DNA of 64,000 nt from Acidobacteriota bacterium. GTDB taxonomy: Bacteria; Acidobacteriota; UBA4820; DSQY01. The DNA lies in contig JBBILR010000014.1 in NCBI GenBank assembly GCA_037444825.1, forward strand, positions 836 through 64,835, written 5' to 3'. The translations under genes were made by a program, and so were the position numbers. The notes below the pieces were generated by a model that worked only from the letters and a program-made list of their open reading frames with translations, did not search any database and was not told the origin of the DNA. Shown piece by piece: positions 7,402 through 15,835 of this stretch. How positions within the stretch are numbered: the first letter of the stretch is position 1; every line of letters starts with the position of its first letter.

Positions 7402-9660
7402 CTACTCCACCTCCTCCTGGGTGACGAAGATCTCCCGGGGCTTGGCTCCGTCGGCGGGGCCCACCAGCCCCCGCTTCTCCATCACGTCCAGAAGCCGGGC
7501 CGCCCGGGCGTAGCCGATGCGCATCCGCCTCTGGAGGTTGCTGGCGGAGGCCACCCCCGTCTGGACGACGAGGCGCACCGCGTCCCGGTACAGCGGGTCC
7601 TCCGCCTCGCCCTCCTCTCCCGGGGCGCCGCCGCCTTCGCCCCCTGGGGCCTCCTTGAGGATTTCGGTGTCGAAGGTGGGGGATGCCTGCCGGGTGAGGT
7701 ACTGGAGGACCCGCTGGGTCTCGGTGGTGGAAAGAAATCCTCCGTGGAGGCGGAGGAGGCGGCCGGAACCGGGTGGGAGAAAGAGCATGTCCCCCTTCCC
7801 CTCCAGCGTTTCGGCGCCGTTCTGGTCGAGGATGAGGCGGCTCTCCAGCTTCTCCCGCACCTGGAAGGCCAGCCGCGCCGGGAGGTTGCTCTTGATGACG
7901 CCGGTGATCACGTCCCGGCTGGGCCGCTGGGTGGCCAGGATGAGGTGGATGCCCACGGCCCGCGCCATGGCGGAGAGTCGGGCGATGGCGGTCTCCACCT
8001 CCTTGGCCACCGCCGCCATGAGGTCGTAGAGCTCGTCGATGACGATGACGATGTAGGGGAGGGGGCGGTTGAGGGCGGAGGCCGCCTCCTGGGCCGACCG
8101 GGGGGTCAGGCTCCGGACCCAGGCGTTGTACTGGTCGATGCTGCGGACCCGGGCCCCCGCCAGGAGCTTGTACCGCTCCGTCATTTCCCGCACGGCCCAG
8201 TTGAGGGCGTTGGCGGCCTTCTTCACGTCGGTGACCACCGGAACCATCAGGTGGGGCAGACCCTCGTAGATCTTGAGCTCCACCTGCTTGGGGTCCACCA
8301 GGATGAACTTCACCTCGTCGGGGGTGGACCGGAAAAGAATGCTGTGGATCAGCGCGTTGATGCCCACGCTCTTGCCGGAGCCGGTGGTGCCGGCCACCAA
8401 CAGGTGCGGCATCCGGTCCAGCGTGGTGACGAAGGGGAGGCCGTCCACGGTCTTGCCGAGGGCCAGGGGGAGCTTGCCCGGCGTGTCGGCGTAGGCCCGC
8501 GACTCCAGAAGCTCCCGGAAGGCGATGACCTCCCGCTTCTCGTTGGGCACCTCGATCCCCACGTGGGACTTGCCCGAGACCCGGTCCACCCGGACGTGGT
8601 CGGCCTTCAGCGCCAGGGCCAGGTCCTCCTCCAGGGCGGTCATGCGGGCGTACTTGACGCCGGGGGCCAGCTTGAACTCGAAGATGGTCACCACGGGCCC
8701 CGGGTGGATCTCCACCACGTCCCCGGCGATGTCGAACTCCCGGAGGCGGGCCTCGATCCGGGAGGCCTTTTCCCGGAGCTCCTCCTCGTCCACCGGCGGC
8801 CGGGGCCGGGGGGGGTCCAGGAGGTCCGACGGCGGCAGGCGGAATCCGGCGTCGGGGGCCGGTTCCAGCGGCAGGGAGGGGGCGGCGGGGGCCCGCTGGG
8901 AGATCTTCACGGCGCGCCCCGCATCCTTTTCCTCGGGGGGCCTTTCCCGCTCCTTCTGCTTCTGGCGGATCTGGTCCCGAAGGGCGTCCCGCTCCCGCTC
9001 CTGCCTCCGCTGCTCCCTGCGGAGCGTCAGGCGGTCCCAGATTCGGCCCAGGGGGGAGAAGGCCCTCCTGATCAGGCCGATGGGGGAGATCCGGAAGAAG
9101 AGGGCCAGGGAGAGGACCACCCAGAGCAGGAGCACCACCACCGCCCCCGCCGTGCCCAGGGACCGCTCCATGAGCTCCCCCAGGACGATGGCCACCACGC
9201 CGCCCAGGGCCAGGGGGGTGTCCCCGGAGGGGAAGGGAAAGGGGAGGGTCCCCAGGGCACGCTGGAGGAAGGTCCCCTGGCTGAGCATCAGGGAGAGCCA
9301 GAGGAGGTACCGGTCGGGGCGGAAGAGGGACCTGCCCGACAAGACCATCACCCCCAGCCTGGCCAGACAGAGGGGCACGTAGAGGGCGGTGAGGCCGAAA
9401 AGATGAATCAACAGGGAGGAGGCGTAGGAACCCAGGATCCCCACCCAGTTCCGGGGGGCCACCGTCACCGTTCCGAAGGAGAAGGGCCCCGGGTCGAAGG
9501 GGTTGAAGGAGATCAGGGAGAGGAGGGTGAGAAGGGCCGACGCGAAGAGGAGGATGGCCGCCACTTCCCGCCCCCGCGAAAGGGGACCCGGCTTCCCCAC
9601 CGGGGAGACGGGGGCCTCGTCTTCGAGGGGCGTCTCCTCCGCTTTCCGGGCCCGCGCCAT
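7402..9660 (-). CDS. ftsK: DNA translocase FtsK/SpoIIIE
   Basis: 752 aa. N-terminal TM helices, a charged linker, Walker A GTTGSGKSV, Walker B IVIVIDELYDL, ATQRPS, and a C-terminal gamma wHTH (ASASNLQRRMRIGYARAARLLDVMEKRGLVG). Confidence 0.95.
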   Translation of the reverse strand: MARARKAEETPLEDEAPVSPVGKPGPLSRGREVAAILLFASALLTLLSLISFNPFDPGPFSFGTVTVAPRNWVGILGSYASSLLIHLFGLTALYVPLCLARLGVMVLSGRSLFRPDRYLLWLSLMLSQGTFLQRALGTLPFPFPSGDTPLALGGVVAIVLGELMERSLGTAGAVVVLLLWVVLSLALFFRISPIGLIRRAFSPLGRIWDRLTLRREQRRQERERDALRDQIRQKQKERERPPEEKDAGRAVKISQRAPAAPSLPLEPAPDAGFRLPPSDLLDPPRPRPPVDEEELREKASRIEARLREFDIAGDVVEIHPGPVVTIFEFKLAPGVKYARMTALEEDLALALKADHVRVDRVSGKSHVGIEVPNEKREVIAFRELLESRAYADTPGKLPLALGKTVDGLPFVTTLDRMPHLLVAGTTGSGKSVGINALIHSILFRSTPDEVKFILVDPKQVELKIYEGLPHLMVPVVTDVKKAANALNWAVREMTERYKLLAGARVRSIDQYNAWVRSLTPRSAQEAASALNRPLPYIVIVIDELYDLMAAVAKEVETAIARLSAMARAVGIHLILATQRPSRDVITGVIKSNLPARLAFQVREKLESRLILDQNGAETLEGKGDMLFLPPGSGRLLRLHGGFLSTTETQRVLQYLTRQASPTFDTEILKEAPGGEGGGAPGEEGEAEDPLYRDAVRLVVQTGVASASNLQRRMRIGYARAARLLDVMEKRGLVGPADGAKPREIFVTQEEVE

Positions 9661-9754
9661 TAGACTCCTCCGATCCCCAGCATAGCAGGAGCCCGGCCGG
9701 CTGAAAAGGCGAGGGGGGCGCCGAGCGGCGGAGGGGAAGGAAAGGTCTTGCCCC

Positions 9755-10153
9755 CTACCGGGCCTGAAGGAGGATCTTTTCCAGGGCGGCGGCCACCTGG
9801 TCGGCGAAGGGACCGAGGTCGCCCCGTTCCGTGAGGCCGAGGAGGGCGTGGGGGGAGACGGCCCCCAGGACCACGCGGTCCCCCTCCCGCCGGACGGTGC
9901 AGTTGCAAGGGAGGAGGAGGCCGATGGCCGGCTCGGCCAGGAGGGCCTGGTGGGCCACCGGGGGGTTGCAGGCCCCCAGGATGACCTGCTCGGGAACGTC
10001 CACGCCCAGCTTCGCCTTCATCGTGGCCTGGACGTCGATCTCCCACATCACGCCGAACCCGTTTTCGGCGAGGGAGCGCCGCAGGGAAGCCAACGCTTCG
10101 GCAAAGGGCTTCTCGGTGTCGGTGAAGAGGCCGTACCGGTCCTTTCGAATCAT
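9755..10153 (-). CDS. DUF302 domain protein
   Basis: FGVMWEIDVQATMKAKLG...ILGACNP...LLPCNCTV is the typical DUF302 pattern. ATG 10153 is preceded by GGGAGG; the 13 additional codons in the track ORF are rejected. Confidence 0.7.
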   Translation of the reverse strand: MIRKDRYGLFTDTEKPFAEALASLRRSLAENGFGVMWEIDVQATMKAKLGVDVPEQVILGACNPPVAHQALLAEPAIGLLLPCNCTVRREGDRVVLGAVSPHALLGLTERGDLGPFADQVAAALEKILLQAR

Positions 10154-10222
10154 GGCACCTCCCGCCCCGAAGATGGGCTTCGGGAAAGGCAAAGATGCGG
10201 GCCCCTGGAAAAGGTAACGGCT

Positions 10223-10564
10223 TCAGTTCCCTTCGCGGATGACCACCCCCAGGGCCTTCCCCATAACCTTGAAGGTGGTCTGCACCCGGCCCCGCACGAT
10301 CCGCGTCCGTCCCTCGGCGGGGAGGGCCCCCCGGGTCACCACGGTGATCTCCCCGGTGGAGTCCTTGAGGACGTAGAAGCCCTCTTCCAGGAAGGGGAGC
10401 TTGGTGGCGGAGAGGACCTGGCCCCGGACGGTGACGGCCCGGTTTTCGAAGCGCTCGGGGTTTTTCTGGATCTTCCCGATGGGGACGGGGGCGAGGGCGC
10501 AGGCCGGGAGCAGAAGCAGGAGCGAGAGGGCCAAAAGAAGCGGCGACGGCCGGGGTCTCTTCAT
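10223..10564 (-). CDS. Lipoprotein with a probable OB-fold (YgiW/BOF-like)
   Basis: Signal peptide plus lipobox (MKRPRPSPLLLALSLLLLLPAC). The mature part has the pattern ERFENRAVTVRGQV...YVLKDSTGEITVV...GRTRIVRGRV. ATG 10564 lies 6 nt after GAGGAG. Confidence 0.6.
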   Translation of the reverse strand: MKRPRPSPLLLALSLLLLLPACALAPVPIGKIQKNPERFENRAVTVRGQVLSATKLPFLEEGFYVLKDSTGEITVVTRGALPAEGRTRIVRGRVQTTFKVMGKALGVVIREGN

Positions 10565-10680
10565 GGCGGACTCCTCGAATCCGATTGTAATCCGGTCCCT
10601 TCCGTCCTCCAAGGAGGAAGTCTCCCTTCCCTTGCCAAAGAGCCTTTGCGGGTGGTTGGTAAGGGTGGGGGCGGGAGCCG

Positions 10681-10709
10681 TGACTTCGTTGGGAAAAGAC
10701 CCTATACTG
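10681..10709 (+). promoter_or_regulatory. Putative promoter of the 1605-aa secreted protein gene
   Basis: GTGACT (10681-10686), a 17-nt spacer, then TATACT (10704-10709), about 90 nt upstream of ATG 10801. Confidence 0.35.
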
Positions 10710-10800
10710 ACCTCTTGCGGGTTCTCACGGGGAGTCGGGGCCGTCCGGAGGAGCCGGGCGGCTTCCGCGTCTTCGGGGGGACGGAAAGGCGGGAGGCGCC

Positions 10801-13800
10801 ATGACGTGCAAAAGCGCTTTGTGGACGATCGTTTTCCTCGCCGTGACCCTTCCGGGCGCGGCGCAGGAGCCCCAGGGGGCCCCGGTGCGTCCGGTGGTGG
10901 GCCAGGCCGTCCGGTTTTCGGTCTCCCCGCCCCTTCGGGACCTTCCCCCGGTGGTCCGCCCCGGGGGGGAGGCCTCGGAGGAGGGCCGGCCCGGCCCCGA
11001 AAACCCGTCGTTGCCCCGTGAGAAGTTCGAGGGAGCCTCCCACCGTCCCGCCGAGGAAGACCCGCTGGTCCAGGCCTGGCCGGGCCTGAACGCCATGCCG
11101 GCCCCCCTCCGCCAGTGGGAGGGGATTTCCAACCGCAACGGCGTCTACCCCCCCGACACCGAGGGCGACGTGGGCCCGAACCACTACGTGCAGTGGGTGA
11201 ACCTCTCCTTCCAGGTCTGGGACAAGAACGGCAACAGCCTCTTCGGCCCCGTGGACGGAAACACCCTCTGGCAGGCTCTGGGCGGGCCCTGCTTTTCGTC
11301 CAACGACGGTGACCCCATCGTCCTGTACGACAGCCTGGCCGACCGGTGGTTCATGAGCCAGTTCATCATCCCCGGCCCGTACTACCAGGCCATCGCCGTC
11401 TCCGCCACCCCCGACCCGCTGGGCTCGTGGTACCTCTACTGCTTCGAGATCAGCGCCACCAAGATGAACGACTACCCCAAGTTCGGGGTCTGGCCCGACG
11501 GCTACTACATGACGGTGAACCAGTTCGTGAACGGCAGCGCCTGGGGGGGGGCGGGGGTGGTGGTCTTCGACCGGCAGAAGATGCTGGCCGGGGACCCGGC
11601 GGCCTCCTTCCAGTACTTCGACGTGGGGGCGGTGGACCTCAGCTTCGGCGGGATGCTCCCCTCCCACACCGAGTCCAAGTGGAACGCCCCCGCCGCCGGC
11701 ACCCCCAACTTCATTATGGAGGTGGACGACGACACGTGGATCCCCGGCTACGCCCACGACGCGCTGCGCATTTGGGAGTGCCACGTGGACTGGGACACGC
11801 CGGCCAACTCCACGCTGGGGCTCGCCTCCTTCCAGCCCAACCAGGTCCTGGACGTCTCCCCCTTCACCGTGCTCTGCCCCTCCACCCGCTCCTGCATCCC
11901 CCAGCCGGGGACGGGGGTGGGCCTCGACGACGTGGCCGACCGCCTCATGTACCGCCTCAACTACCGCAACCGCGGCTCCTACGAGTCGGCGGTGGTGAAC
12001 TTCACCGTGGACGCCGGTTCCGGGCGCGCGGGGATCCGGTGGTTCGAGCTGAGGCGCCTGAGCGGGGCGTGGAGCCTCTACCAGGAGGGGACCTTCGCCC
12101 CCGCCGACACCGAGCACCGGTGGATGGGGAGCGCCGCCTCCGACCACGTGGGGAACCTGGCCGTGGGTTACAGCGTTTCCTCGGCCTCCGTGTACCCCTC
12201 CATCCGGTACGCCGGCAGGCTGGCCGGAGATCCCCCCAACGAGTTGACCCAGGGTGAGGCCACCCTCATCGCCGGATCCGGCTCCCAGACCGGCACCGCC
12301 AACCGCTGGGGCGACTACAGCACGCTGAGCGTGGACCCCACCGACGACTGCACCTTCTGGTACACCCAGGAGTACGTGGCCACCACCGGCACCTCCTCCT
12401 GGCAGACCCGCGTGGGGGCTTTCAAGTTCCCCAACTGCGCCATGGGGCCTCAGGGGACCCTCCGGGGGACGGTCACCCACGGCGTCACCGGCGCCCCCGT
12501 CGCGGGGGCCACCGTGACGGCCACCTCCTCTTCCGTCACCGTCCCCGCGGTGACCGCCTCCGACGGGAGCTACACCATGACCCTGCCGGAGGGCACCTAC
12601 GACGTGACGGTGTCCGCGTGGGGGTTCTCGCCGTCCGGCGCCGCCGGCGTCGCCGTCACGGGCTCCTCCACCACCACGCGCGACTTCGCCCTCACCCCGC
12701 TGGCCCTCCACGCCCTCTCGGGGGTGGTCACCGACGCCGCCACGGGCTGGCCCCTGTACGCCTCCGTGGCCGTGGCCGGGTACCCCTCGAGCCCCCTCTG
12801 GACCGACCCCCTCACCGGCGCCTACCAGGTCTCCCTGCCCGCCGGCGGGTCCTATTCCCTCACCGTCACGCCGTGGGTGCCGGGGTACACCCCCGAGGCG
12901 GCCACCGTGGGGCCCCTCACGGCCCCCACCGTGCGGAACTTCGCCCTTGACGCCGACAGAAACGCCTGCACCGCCCCCGGCTACGGCACCGGAAACGGAA
13001 CCGTCTTCTTCACCGAGGGCTTCGAGGGGGCGACGCCTCCCGCCCTCCCCGCCGGGTGGACTCAGGTGGATGTCAACGGAACGGAGGGCAACTGGGCCAC
13101 CTCCACGCAGACGGTCCACCCCTCGGGCGTACCCCCCCACGGCGGCTCCAACCTCGCCTACTTCAACTCCTGGAGCGCCCATACCGGGAACGACACGCGG
13201 CTGGTGCGGACCTCGGGCATCAACCTCTCCTCCTCCCCCAACGCGGTCCTGACCTTCTGGATGTACCACGAGAGCGGCTACTCCGCCTCCGACGACCGCC
13301 TTCAGGTGCAGGTCTCCACCGACGGCGGGGCCACCTGGCAGAACGTGGGGTCGCCGGTCTCCCGGTACGCCCCCGCTTCCGGCTGGCAGCGCCACGAGGT
13401 GCCCCTCACGGGGATCACGGGGAACCTCGCCGACGTCCGCATCGGTCTGCTGGGAGTGAGCGAGTACGGCAACGACATCCACATCGACGACGTGGAGGCC
13501 AACACCGGCTGCGCCGCCCCCTCCTCCGGGGGGCTCGTGGTGGGGAACGTCTACGACGCCAACACCGGGGCTTTCCTGCCGGGGGCCTTGGTTCAGAACG
13601 TGGACCGCGGGACGAGCGCCGCGGCCGCCGCCACCGCCGACCCTGCGGTGGGGGACGCCTTCTACTGCCTCTACTCCGACGGAAACGACGCCATGGAGGC
13701 CTCCAAGGGGACCTCGTACCAAGCCGTCTCCGCGAACCCGTCGGTGGCCTTCGGGGCCGTCGTGGAGCAGGACTTCCACCTGCCCGCGGGCCAGCTCTCC

Positions 13801-15618
13801 GTTTCCCCCTCGCCGCTGAACCTCGAGGCCCAGCCCGGCGCCGCCGCCTCGGCCACGGTGACCCTCACCAACGGCGGGGGCCGCGACGTCCACTTCCAGG
13901 TGACGGAAAGCGCCTTCTCCCCGGTGAAGCCCTCCCAGAGCCCCCGGCTGCCCTACAAGTTGAAGTACAGCCCCTACTGGGACCAGAGCGAGACGGCCCC
14001 CCGGGGCGCCCTGGAGAAGACCCCCAACGCCTGGTCGGCGGGAAGCGCCATCCCCACCGGCCCCCGCTACCGGTGCGCCTCCGTCTCCCCGGACGGCCGG
14101 TACCTCTACCTCTTCGGGGGGGCGGACGCTTCCGGTACGGTCCTGGCCGAGTCGTGGCGGTACGACACCCAGGCCGACGCCTGGCAGAGGCTGGCCGACA
14201 TGCCGGTGGCCCTCATGAACATGGCCGCCGCCTACCTGAACGGCAACATCTACCTGGTGGGGGGCTACACGGGGGACGCCCACACCAACTACTTCCTGAT
14301 CTACTCCATCGCCGGCGATTCCTGGACCACCAGCACCTGGCCCGCCGCCAGGACCCCCATGGTGGCGGCCAGCGGCGGGAAACTCTACGCCTTCGGCGGA
14401 AACCCCGGCCCCAGCGCCGAGACCCGGTCCTACGACCCCGTTGCCGGGACCTGGTCCGGCCCCCTGGCCCCCATGCCCGCCGCGGTGACCTACGGCTCGG
14501 CCGTGGCGGCGGGGGATTCCCTGTACGTCATCGGCGGCTCCAACGCGGGCGGAGCCGTGGCCGCCGTCCAGCGCTACGACCCCGCTTCCAACGCCTGGAG
14601 CGCGGCGGGTCCGGCCCTCCCCCAGGGAAGGATGAGCGCCGGCGCGGCCCTCTACGGAAACCTGCTGTACGTTTCCGGCGGCGGCGGAGCAGGGGGGAAC
14701 CTCTGGGCCCCCTACGGCGACACCCTCACCCTCGACCCCTCCCTCTGGCCTTCGGGCTCCTGGCAAAGCCAGGGGGAGGCCCTCCCCACGCCGGTGGTGG
14801 CCCCGGCCTGCGCCTGCGCCGGAAACCGGCTGGTGCTCGCCGGTGGAGCGACGACCGATACGACCTACGACGCCACGCAGCTTCTCGACGACGGGAAGAC
14901 CTGCCCCAACGCCGCCGACGTGCCGTGGCTCTCGGTGGCGCCCGTCTCCGGGACGGTCCCGGCGGGCGGCCACGTGGACCTCTCCGTCAACGCCAGCGCC
15001 GCCTCCCTCGGAAACGGCCTTCACCACGCCTGGTTGATTCTCGCCGGCGACACCCCCTATCCGGGCCTCACCCTGCCGGTGAACTTCACCGTGGGGTACG
15101 GCCCCGTCACGGCGGCAGCCTCGGCCTCCTCCACGTCGGGCACGGCGCCGCTCACGGTGAACTTCACGGGGACGGCCTCCGGGGGCGACGGCGGCCCCTA
15201 CACCTACGACTGGAACTTCGGCGACGGCTCGGCCCATTCCTCGCTCCAGAACCCGAGCCACACCTACGCCTCCGCGGGGACCTTCCCGGTGACCTTCACG
15301 GCCACGGACGGCCACGGCAACTCCGGCGCGGACACCCACCTCTCCGTCACCGTCACGGCCGCCCCGCCCGTGGTTTCCTCCGTCAGCCAGAAGACGGGGC
15401 CCTGGAGGCTGATCCTGCTCGGCTCGAACTTCCACAACCCCTGCACGGTCAAGGTGAACGGCGTGGCCAAGGGAACGGTGACCTGGAAGAGCGCCACGAA
15501 GCTCGTCGCCAAGGGGGCGGACCTCAAGGCCGCCTGCCCCAAGGGGACGACGGTCCAGATCACCGTCACCAACAACGACGACGGGGGGACCTCCACCCCG
15601 GTCCCCTTCACCCGGTGA
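10801..15618 (+). CDS. Large secreted multidomain protein (unclassified N-terminal domain, CarboxypepD_reg-like, choice-of-anchor-J/MAM-like, Kelch propeller, PKD, IPT/TIG-like)
   Basis: 1605 aa.
- Signal peptide: MTCKSALWTIVFLAVTLPGAAQE.
- N-terminal domain contains RWGDYSTLSVDP.
- Two GTxxGxVT...DGSYxxxLPxGxY units.
- FFTEGFEG...LPAGWTQVD...GNW and LQVQVSTDGGATW.
- About 6 Kelch-like repeats (LYxFGG / YxxxxxxW).
- PKD motif YDWNFGDGS...HTYASAGTFPVTFTATD.
- C-terminal Ig-like domain. Confidence 0.85.
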   Translation: MTCKSALWTIVFLAVTLPGAAQEPQGAPVRPVVGQAVRFSVSPPLRDLPPVVRPGGEASEEGRPGPENPSLPREKFEGASHRPAEEDPLVQAWPGLNAMPAPLRQWEGISNRNGVYPPDTEGDVGPNHYVQWVNLSFQVWDKNGNSLFGPVDGNTLWQALGGPCFSSNDGDPIVLYDSLADRWFMSQFIIPGPYYQAIAVSATPDPLGSWYLYCFEISATKMNDYPKFGVWPDGYYMTVNQFVNGSAWGGAGVVVFDRQKMLAGDPAASFQYFDVGAVDLSFGGMLPSHTESKWNAPAAGTPNFIMEVDDDTWIPGYAHDALRIWECHVDWDTPANSTLGLASFQPNQVLDVSPFTVLCPSTRSCIPQPGTGVGLDDVADRLMYRLNYRNRGSYESAVVNFTVDAGSGRAGIRWFELRRLSGAWSLYQEGTFAPADTEHRWMGSAASDHVGNLAVGYSVSSASVYPSIRYAGRLAGDPPNELTQGEATLIAGSGSQTGTANRWGDYSTLSVDPTDDCTFWYTQEYVATTGTSSWQTRVGAFKFPNCAMGPQGTLRGTVTHGVTGAPVAGATVTATSSSVTVPAVTASDGSYTMTLPEGTYDVTVSAWGFSPSGAAGVAVTGSSTTTRDFALTPLALHALSGVVTDAATGWPLYASVAVAGYPSSPLWTDPLTGAYQVSLPAGGSYSLTVTPWVPGYTPEAATVGPLTAPTVRNFALDADRNACTAPGYGTGNGTVFFTEGFEGATPPALPAGWTQVDVNGTEGNWATSTQTVHPSGVPPHGGSNLAYFNSWSAHTGNDTRLVRTSGINLSSSPNAVLTFWMYHESGYSASDDRLQVQVSTDGGATWQNVGSPVSRYAPASGWQRHEVPLTGITGNLADVRIGLLGVSEYGNDIHIDDVEANTGCAAPSSGGLVVGNVYDANTGAFLPGALVQNVDRGTSAAAAATADPAVGDAFYCLYSDGNDAMEASKGTSYQAVSANPSVAFGAVVEQDFHLPAGQLSVSPSPLNLEAQPGAAASATVTLTNGGGRDVHFQVTESAFSPVKPSQSPRLPYKLKYSPYWDQSETAPRGALEKTPNAWSAGSAIPTGPRYRCASVSPDGRYLYLFGGADASGTVLAESWRYDTQADAWQRLADMPVALMNMAAAYLNGNIYLVGGYTGDAHTNYFLIYSIAGDSWTTSTWPAARTPMVAASGGKLYAFGGNPGPSAETRSYDPVAGTWSGPLAPMPAAVTYGSAVAAGDSLYVIGGSNAGGAVAAVQRYDPASNAWSAAGPALPQGRMSAGAALYGNLLYVSGGGGAGGNLWAPYGDTLTLDPSLWPSGSWQSQGEALPTPVVAPACACAGNRLVLAGGATTDTTYDATQLLDDGKTCPNAADVPWLSVAPVSGTVPAGGHVDLSVNASAASLGNGLHHAWLILAGDTPYPGLTLPVNFTVGYGPVTAAASASSTSGTAPLTVNFTGTASGGDGGPYTYDWNFGDGSAHSSLQNPSHTYASAGTFPVTFTATDGHGNSGADTHLSVTVTAAPPVVSSVSQKTGPWRLILLGSNFHNPCTVKVNGVAKGTVTWKSATKLVAKGADLKAACPKGTTVQITVTNNDDGGTSTPVPFTR

Positions 15619-15623
15619 GGGGG

Positions 15624-15652
15624 TTGCCTTGGGAGCGAGAAGGGTGTATCTT
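15624..15652 (+). promoter_or_regulatory. Putative promoter of the his leader
   Basis: TTGCCT (15624-15629), a 17-nt spacer, then TATCTT (15647-15652), about 28 nt upstream of the leader-ORF ATG. Confidence 0.45.
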
Positions 15653-15679
15653 GAACCCTTGTCGAAGAAGGTGGTGACG

Positions 15680-15763
15680 ATGCGCCCCTCCGCCGGAACG
15701 CCGAAGACCTGCCGCTTCCATCATACCCACGGCTCTCTGGCCGGAGGGCGGCGGACCGCGTAG
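15680..15763 (+). CDS. Candidate his operon leader peptide (27 aa, FHHTH)
   Basis: ATG lies 5 nt after AAGGTGG. The peptide is MRPSAGTPKTCRFHHTHGSLAGGRRTA, with CAT CAT ACC CAC at 15719-15730. It sits between a promoter-like element and the terminator in front of hisD. Confidence 0.45.
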   Translation: MRPSAGTPKTCRFHHTHGSLAGGRRTA

Positions 15764-15788
15764 GCGGAACGTCCAGGGGTTTTCACCC

Positions 15789-15823
15789 GCGGCCCTCCGG
15801 AAACGGAGGGCCGCTCGTTTTTT
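15789..15823 (+). terminator. Intrinsic terminator / attenuator hairpin immediately upstream of hisD
   Basis: GCGGCCCTCCG-GAAA-CGGAGGGCCGC (11-bp perfect stem, GNRA loop) followed by TCGTTTTTT. The U-tract runs directly into the hisD SD GGGGAG (15824-15829). Confidence 0.8.
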
Positions 15824-15835
15824 GGGGAGTTTTCC

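Noticed and set aside
10702-15435. A 1577-aa antisense ORF opposite the large secreted-protein gene. Similar giant antisense or off-frame ORFs occur at 48490-52953 (-), 58165-61242 (-), 6877-9663 (+), 30127-32088 (-) and 38650-40791 (-).
   Set aside because: Their translations are dominated by G/R/P/A/V/H low-complexity strings with no motifs. This is typical of stop-codon-poor alternative frames in ~70% GC DNA. The opposite or other frame carries clear, motif-rich genes with SD sites.
15660-15835. A possible T-box riboswitch in front of hisD; GGTGGTGAC near 15670 vaguely resembles the T-box GGUGGUACC core.
   Set aside because: The motif lies at the 5' end of the leader, inside the SD of the mini-ORF, and not on the antiterminator side of the terminator. 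There is no specifier-loop architecture, and the leader is far too short for a T-box (~150 nt against more than 200).
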